From positions 1 to 40,390 of the forward strand of contig JWZX01002902.1 in the NCBI GenBank assembly GCA_001275005.1: 40,390 nt of DNA. The letters run 5' to 3'. Position 1 is the stretch's first letter, and each line of letters starts with the position of its first letter. The notes under the pieces are model-generated. The model saw only the letters and a list, made by a program, of their open reading frames with translations. It had not been told where the DNA came from and searched no databases. Below are positions 34,001-40,390 of the stretch, piece by piece. The position numbers were made by a program, and so were the translations under genes. This stretch comes from Chrysochromulina tobinii. Its lineage: Eukaryota.

Positions 34001-35307
34001 CGGCAGCGGCACCGAAGGCGAGCTCGACGCTCTTGACGATGCGGAGCATGAGAAGAGTCAGAAGAGACCCACCAGGACGGGCCAGGAGGTCTCAGTGACG
34101 TGTCAGACCTCCTCCATCACCCAGACGCAGCACGTGCCGCTCGCAGACTGTCTCGAGTGCGCCGCGACCCCGTTCAGCTCTACATCAGCTCTTCAGCTCT
34201 ACTTTCGTAGTGCCGGATGACCACTGAGTGCCCTCGGCTCGGCACTGATGACCACTGATTACCTCCGTCATCAGGTGTGCCGACCTCCTCGAGCTCATCT
34301 CGATGCTCGCGGAGCTCTTCCCCGCCGTCATGCGGAATCAGCGCAAAGAGCGGATGCTACTCATGTGCCGACTCACCACCCTCGAAAGGGCGACGAGGGG
34401 TGGCACGGCCAGCGCCAAGGCAGCGGCAGCGGCGGCGGTGGGCGGCGGCGGCGGCGGCGGCGGCAGCGGCGGAGGCGGAGGCGGAGGCGGAGTCGGAGGC
34501 GGAGGCGAAGGCCGCGGTGGCGGCGGCGGTAATGGTGGCGGCGGCGGCGGCCGTGGCAGCCTTCCAGTCGCCGACGACGGCTGGATGCTGGTCACCCGCC
34601 ACTCCGACCTGAGCCACATGCTCAGCAGCTGCGCCGCCCTTCGGCTGCTCGAGCGCCCTGCGGACTTTCGAGAGGATGCTCACGTGCTCGCCTTCGTGCC
34701 CGAGGGCGCCGTCATGGGCACCGTCTCGGGCAGGCGCGGCGGCAAGGCGCGGCGCGAGAAGGCCGAGGACAGCTCGGGGGAATCGGCTGTGGCGGCCGCC
34801 ACCAAAGGCAAGCGCGCTGTCCTGGGCGAAGCTGTGAAAGCGGCCAACGGTAAGCGCCGTGATGAGCGCGACACGACACGACGCGAGAAGGCGGGCGACG
34901 CTCAGGACGACGCGAGGTTGGGTCTGCTTGCGGGCGAGGACGACGCTCAGGACGACGCTTATGACGAGGGAGACGAAGACAGAGAACCTCCGACCTCCCA
35001 CACCAGCCGCCAGCGTCATCACGAGCCTGCGCCTGGGCAAAGGAGCGTCTGGGAAGGGGACGACCCGATTTGGTCGTCGCCGACTGAGTCGAGAGCCGCG
35101 TCCTCGGCCTGCACGCGAAAGGCGCCCAGCATGGCGCCCAGCAGCGGCGGCGGTGGCGGGCGCGGGCGGACTCGGGAGGGCGTCGAGACGAATGCGGCCG
35201 CGCCGCTGCCGCTGCACCCGCCGGCGTGCCTTATTTTCGATCAGATGATCGATCATGCACAGCAGCAGCAGCGTCGCTCGATGGCAGGGGTGGCTGGCAT
35301 GGACTGA
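31100..35307 (+). CDS. Single-pass cell-surface protein with multiple Cys-rich PAN/apple-like domains; introns 31564-31716, 31939-32033, 32296-32397, 32642-32785, 32958-33376, 33828-33929, 34157-34274
   Basis: Signal peptide MALSLLPISIFVLIL; ECMQQCQTTPNC, ECCNFCGLQPGC..F.F...CVL, DCCDACMADTRC..F.F...CEL; TM ALGLGGLMLAGFVMCFYCFF; all proposed GT-AG introns preserve frame. Confidence 0.75.
32958..33376 (+). repeat. Intron with long (CTGATGGCCTCC/CTGATGGCCT)n array
   Basis: Roughly 30 CTGATG-core units of 10-12 bp; splicing gives AEE|FTTDGVISG. Confidence 0.85.
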
Positions 35308-35547
35308 GGTGGTGGGCTCTGCGAGGTTCTGTAGTTCTAGTAGGTGCGTCTCAGTTGGAGCTGCTGCCATTTTTCGGCTTTGTGGGTTTGTGAATGGACT
35401 CGTTCTATACGATATCTTCGCACATCTACAACTAGCGACGCGGCCACAAGTCAAAGCACGCCGCTCTGGCTCGACGACGCACCCCACCTACTGGCTTATT
35501 TCTGGTTTTATCATATGCGTTGGGCATGGCGTTGGGTCCAAACCCGT

Positions 35548-36228
35548 TCAGCTTCCCATTCGGGCAATCATCTCAAGGAGGTCATGGTGGCCATCGAGCT
35601 TGAGCAGCATGCTCTCAGTGCCCAGCCGCGCGTGCGTGCCCATGGCGAGCATTAAGAGCCGCGGACGCCACCAGCTCAGCACCAACGCCGCTGCCGAGCC
35701 CTCGGCCGCCTCGCCTTTGGCGTGCAGCTCGCGCGCGAGCGAAAGCGGCGTGGGGTCGCCGGGTGCGGACGAGGCGGCGAGGATGGAGGCGCCTTTGCGG
35801 AGGAGGGCGTGGGCGCGGGCGGCGGGGATGATGGTAAGGTGGTGGAGCGGCGTGGTCCATTTGCAGGAGGTGACGAGCCATGCGGATAGGTTGGTGTTGC
35901 CAAAGCGCGTTGCCCTCTCCTCCGCCGTGCCGTTGGTTCCGTGGATAGTGAAGGCGCGCTCGGCACCGTAGGAGGAGACGAGTCGGACCCATAGGAGGTC
36001 ATAGGCGCAGGCGTTGCTCATCGGCGTGTCACCATACTTGCCGGCCTTATTCACATCGGCACCGTGCTCGAGAAGCACAGTGCCGATGTCGAGGTGGTTG
36101 AAATTGATGGCCCACAGCAGCGCCGTGTAGCCGTGCTCGTCGATCTGATTGATGCCCGCGCCCTCGGCGAGCAGGTGCCGCACCTTAGCGGTATCGCCAC
36201 GCTTGACTGCATCGCCCAGCGGCGCCAT
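35548..36228 (-). CDS. Ankyrin-repeat protein (226 aa)
   Basis: LGDAVKRGD..VRHLLAEGAGIN, GYTALLWA..NHLDIGTVLLEHGADVN, GDTPM, TPLHHL. Confidence 0.88.
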   Translation of the reverse strand: MAPLGDAVKRGDTAKVRHLLAEGAGINQIDEHGYTALLWAINFNHLDIGTVLLEHGADVNKAGKYGDTPMSNACAYDLLWVRLVSSYGAERAFTIHGTNGTAEERATRFGNTNLSAWLVTSCKWTTPLHHLTIIPAARAHALLRKGASILAASSAPGDPTPLSLARELHAKGEAAEGSAAALVLSWWRPRLLMLAMGTHARLGTESMLLKLDGHHDLLEMIARMGS

Positions 36229-36624
36229 CTCGAAGTAATGTCCGTTGTCCCCGTTTATTCCCAGATAAGTAATTTATTAACTTGCATGTCTTGTTCCAGC
36301 GAAGAAACCATCAGCACTTCAGAAGACCGGGAGCGTGCGCGTCAAAAACCGAGAATTCTCTGCTTTTCCGCTCTCCTTACGTTCTTGACTTACGTTGTAT
36401 TACAAGTGGCCAGTCCTCGGGACGCAAACTCACCACGAACCCGACCTGTGATTGCCCAACGGTCGATGATCTGGACTGAAACTCTGCGCTGCTCTCTAGC
36501 GGATACTGTATTCGTCGCACGTTGGTTCGCGAAGTTCGGAACGCAAGCGTGAAGCGGAAACCCAGCGTCCACCAGTCACGCTCGTGGCTAGGCTGGACCA
36601 CCAGTCAGTGCTGTCGCCTCCTGC

Positions 36625-39421
36625 TCACGCCTCGTGCTCCTTGACGGTCTCGTCAAAGTCGCACAGCCGCGCAGCCGCAAAGTCGAGCAGCCCTTCCCTT
36701 CGCCCCTCGGATGTACACGCTGCCGCCTGTGCGGCCACCTGTGCGGCCGCCGCCTGCGCCGCGACCACATCGGACAAGGGGCTGCGCCCGCCCTTTGCAT
36801 CCGACGACATTTGGGGTGGCGTGTTCTGGTCCGCGTCGGGCGCGCCCGCTCGTGCAAGGGCCCTCTGTCGCTGTGTGGCTGCCTGCACGGCGTGGTCGTG
36901 TCGTCGTACGCCCGCCATCTGGTCGGCGACCGCGCTGCCCAGCGACTGCTCGAGACGGCGCGCGGCGCGCCGGCGCACCTCGTACAGTGTGAAGGACACG
37001 TAGATGGCCGCCGCAATCAGAAAGGACGCGAGGAAGATGGCGTCGAAGAAGTGGTAGTAGAACTCGAACTCCAGGCCGCGTGCGGCCTCATGGATACCCT
37101 GACGAAACGCATTCGACAGAGAGCCCCTCATCATGAGGACAAAGGAGAGTGAGCGCAATCAGGGCGTCATCAGAGACTCATTACCTGACGGAACTCGTGC
37201 GGCAGAGAGCCCCTCATCATGAGGACCGAGGAGAGGAGGTAGAAGCCCATCAGCTCGGCTGCCGCCGCTCCGACCAAGTCGGCCAGGCCCGCCACCGGAG
37301 CGTCTGCGGCGTCGTCGCCCTCCTCCAAGCCCTCCTCCTCGAGCGCTTGCTGCATGCAAGTGCTCACCACGGCGCCCTGCTCCTCGAGCGCCGTGAATGA
37401 GCCGCCGCCGCCACTGCCGCCACCGCCACCGCCGCCGCCGCCGCCATCGCCACCGCCTCCGCCGCAACCGCCATCGCCACCATGCCCATCGGGCATGCCC
37501 GATGCGGTGGCTCTGCCCGATGCCGTGGCTCTGCCCGGCGTGGCCATCGTCATCGCCGGGGTCCTCAAGCTGGCGTCGGGCGTCGTGCTGAGCACCCGAC
37601 GTGTCACGGAAGAGGAGTGAGCTCCACTGGCGCAGAGGGTCCTGCTGCTGATGCTGCTGCTGCTGCTGCTACCCACTCTCAAGGCGCTGGCCGTGGTCGG
37701 TGACGAGAACACGTCCGCCGCCGCCGGGGCTACGGGTTGATCCGCTTTCGGCGCGGCGGCCGGTGTGACGAACCCCGTGTGCAGGCTCGCGTTGGAGCCG
37801 TTCACACCGTTGGAGCCGTTCACGCGTGCGCGGCGTGCGGCGAGACGCTCGCGACGGCGCTGCGCATGTCGCTGCTCGAGCAGCTCTATATTCATCGCCA
37901 CGCGGCTCGCCTACAACCGGAAGTTATCAGAGGTCATCAGAGGTCATCAGAGGTCATCAGAGGTCATCAGAGGCCATCAGAGGCCATCAGAGGCCATCGC
38001 CAGGCGGCTCGCCTACAACCGGATCATCCGAGGCCATCAGAGGTCATCAGAGGCCATCACCTGCACCAGGAAACCGCGGACAGAGCTGAAGACCATGATG
38101 CCAGTCAACCAAAGCGAGACACCCTGAGAGTAGAAAGCGGCGGCGGCTGGGTCGAGCAGCGAGTCGATGGCGCTGTGGTGAGCGCTTGCATGCAAGGCAG
38201 GTCATCAGTGGCAATCAACGTACCTGGGTCGAGCAGCGAGAGGCGCAGCGCGTAACCGATGGCACGAGTCACCGGATCCACGCCCGTGCGCCGCGCGCCG
38301 TGCTGCAAGATCGAGCGAACCGCCAGACCCACCTTGACGACGCAATAGCCCGAGAAGACGTCTCCAATCACGCTGAGCGCACGCCCTAACAAGGTCGACG
38401 CTTGACGTAGGCGCTTCTCCTCATCGAGTAGGCGCGCAAAGGCCCCCACCTCGCGACGCACGGCCGCGCGAAGCTCGAGCGACTCGCCCTGTGCCGCGCG
38501 CAGCTCGCCCAGCGCCTCATTTTGCGAGGCCGTCCGGAACAGTCTCGGCTTCAGAATCGGGAGCGCGGCGATCGCCACCTTACCCAACGCGCTCGCCGCG
38601 CCGTACCAGTCGCACTGCTGCACGGCGAGGCACGTGTTCTGCCACTTTTCGCTCCACACGCTCGCCGCAGCCTCGATGCGCCGTTTGCGACCCTCCTGCG
38701 AGGCCGCGATTCGCCTTCGGATGCCGCGCAGCCGCAGTCCATGTTTGGCCAGTCGCTGCAATGCATGCACGAGCGCCCGCTGCGCCTCGTCGAGCTCGGT
38801 TGGGTCGTCGACGTGCAGCAGCCGGCGCAGCGAGATGGAGAGCCCCGCAACCGCGCCGACGCCCGACATGAGCGCGGAGAGGCACACGCCGAAGACGCCC
38901 GCCGACGAGAGGCAGCGCGAGAGCAGCTGCGAAAAGATCGTGTCGCCCTTGTCGGCGGCGCCGCGCGTCGTCGGTAAGGTCTCGTCGACCTTGAGGAAGA
39001 GGTAGAGCCATGCGAGCATGGCTAGCAGTACGGGTGGCAGCACGGCACGGGCTAACAACCGGTACCGGTTCAAGACGCGCCGCATCACGAGCGTGAGCAG
39101 CACGTACGGCAGCACGAGCACGATGAGCGCGAGGTCGACGCCCAGGTGCAGCCGCCAGAGCATGAAGCGCGCGCGCGCCGGCAAGCCGCCGTTGATCTCG
39201 AGTAACACAAGCAGCAGCAGTGCACCCGATGCGGCGAACGTGAGCGCAAAGAGCCGGCGTGGCAGCAGGTTGCCCGGCACGTGCATGACGAGTGAGAAGA
39301 GCATGTGCCCGACCAGGTAGAGCGGCGCGGAGATGAACGCGACGAAGGAGGTCTCGGAGAGCACCACGCCTTGCAGGTAGAGGGGTGCGGCTGGCACCTC
39401 GTCCATGAGGGACGTGCTCAT
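36625..39421 (-). CDS. GPR89: Golgi pH regulator / GPCR-type G protein (GPR89/GPHR/GTG/COLD1 family); introns 38147-38223, 37911-38060, 37099-37184
   Basis: LFALTFAASGALLLLVLLEI, GVFGVCLSALMSGVGAV, FSGYCVVK, DPVTRAI, SQGVSLWLTGIMVFSSVRGFL, AELMGFYLLSSVLMMRGSLPHEFRQ|GIHEAARGLEFEFYYHFFDAIFLAS. Confidence 0.9.
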
Positions 39422-40022
39422 CGCCTCAGACAACGACGTCAAAGCCGCGCTGGTGGCGTGTCGATCGACGCCCTGGGGCCGACCGACACTCGACCGACAC
39501 AAAAGACACGATCACTTGGATCATCACAGCTTCCAATCCTTTCGGAGGTCACAACCTCGCCGCAATCTCATGCGGAGTCCTCCAGTGTCCTCAAAGAGTG
39601 ACGCCGATGTGTAGAATGGAGATTCACACTCACCGTCAATTACCATTCGCGTTCCTCAGAAATCAGAACTCCATTCGATTGCTCCACTCTGTGAGTCTGT
39701 GTCCCAACACGAATAGAGCGTTGAGCTCTCTCACAAGCAAGATCAAGCCGAGCCTCAGACCTTTTAATGCCCGCCAAAACCGTTTGATTTCGAAGTTTGC
39801 AAAAGTTATTTTTGCTCTCTCAAGTCCCTCGCCGACGGCTCGCCCAAGGGTACGGCGACGCTCGATCATGTTCTCACGGCGGGGCTCGAACGGGGCAGTT
39901 GGGTGCGGCGCGCCGCCTGGTTTGCATTCGATGATGCTCAGGGACTTGTATCCGACCACATGATTGTGATCGTGGAGCGAGCGCCGCGCTCCGTCGTAAC
40001 CGACGACTGTGGAGTCCATCGG

Positions 40023-40390
40023 CTACCGCGCTACCTCGTCGAAAAGTGGCAGGCGCACCAGTCGGCCGCCTTCGTCGCCTCCTTTGCATCTGGCCTCGAA
40101 CAGCTGCGCGCGGGGACGTGGCGCGCGCACGCGGACGACACGCCACAGCGGCTCTCCACGGGCGCCGCGGCCATTGTACAGCTCGTTGCTCTGCTCAATC
40201 ACGCCGCCAGTACTGCTGAGGTCGCCAGGCGAGGCGACCCGCGCCGAGACTGCACCCGCCGCGTCCATGACGCGGGCGGCGGCATCCAGGGCATTCGGGC
40301 TCAGCTCAAGCGCCAGCAGGGCGTTCTGCGCGTCGTCCGTAAGGCGCGCCTCGCCGTCGCCCAAGCCGCCCACGCGCTCGCCTCGCTGCG
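40023..40390 (-). CDS. 3' end of hypothetical protein (5' partial)
   Basis: Open frame running off the window with host-like GC3 codon usage; TAG at 40023-40025. Confidence 0.5.
   Translation of the reverse strand, partial: QRGERVGGLGDGEARLTDDAQNALLALELSPNALDAAARVMDAAGAVSARVASPGDLSSTGGVIEQSNELYNGRGARGEPLWRVVRVRAPRPRAQLFEARCKGGDEGGRLVRLPLFDEVAR

Overview
GC-rich eukaryotic nuclear DNA, most likely from a haptophyte alga (Chrysochromulina-like; inferred from codon bias, gene content and intron style). About 17 protein genes are supported: an intronless DegT-family aminotransferase fused to a dTDP/UDP-glucose 4,6-dehydratase, an SH3-like/Pro-rich protein, an MFS transporter, a Gly/Tyr/Arg-rich protein with a CysRS-C-like domain, a divergent class I aldolase, an FkbM methyltransferase, a putative thylakoid-lumen protein, a PAN+sialate O-acetylesterase, a BTB protein, a PQQ-propeller+PAN protein, an EF-hand/Cys-rich protein, a coiled-coil protein, a flavodoxin-like protein, a multi-PAN membrane protein, an ankyrin protein, GPR89/GPHR, and partial genes at both ends. 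The most striking signal is in the introns. About 12 of roughly 22 hand-placed introns contain a perfect or diverged copy of the adjacent exon edge, often supplying the splice site itself. The copies are padded with strand-oriented CTGATG/CTRAT-core microrepeats and sometimes a dispersed 25-bp motif. This looks like recurrent de novo intron creation by local duplication plus stereotyped filler. Short non-LTR retroelement 3' ends and a possible mobile-element remnant (20.3-22.1 kb) are also present. All exon/intron models are manual predictions, not transcript-verified.
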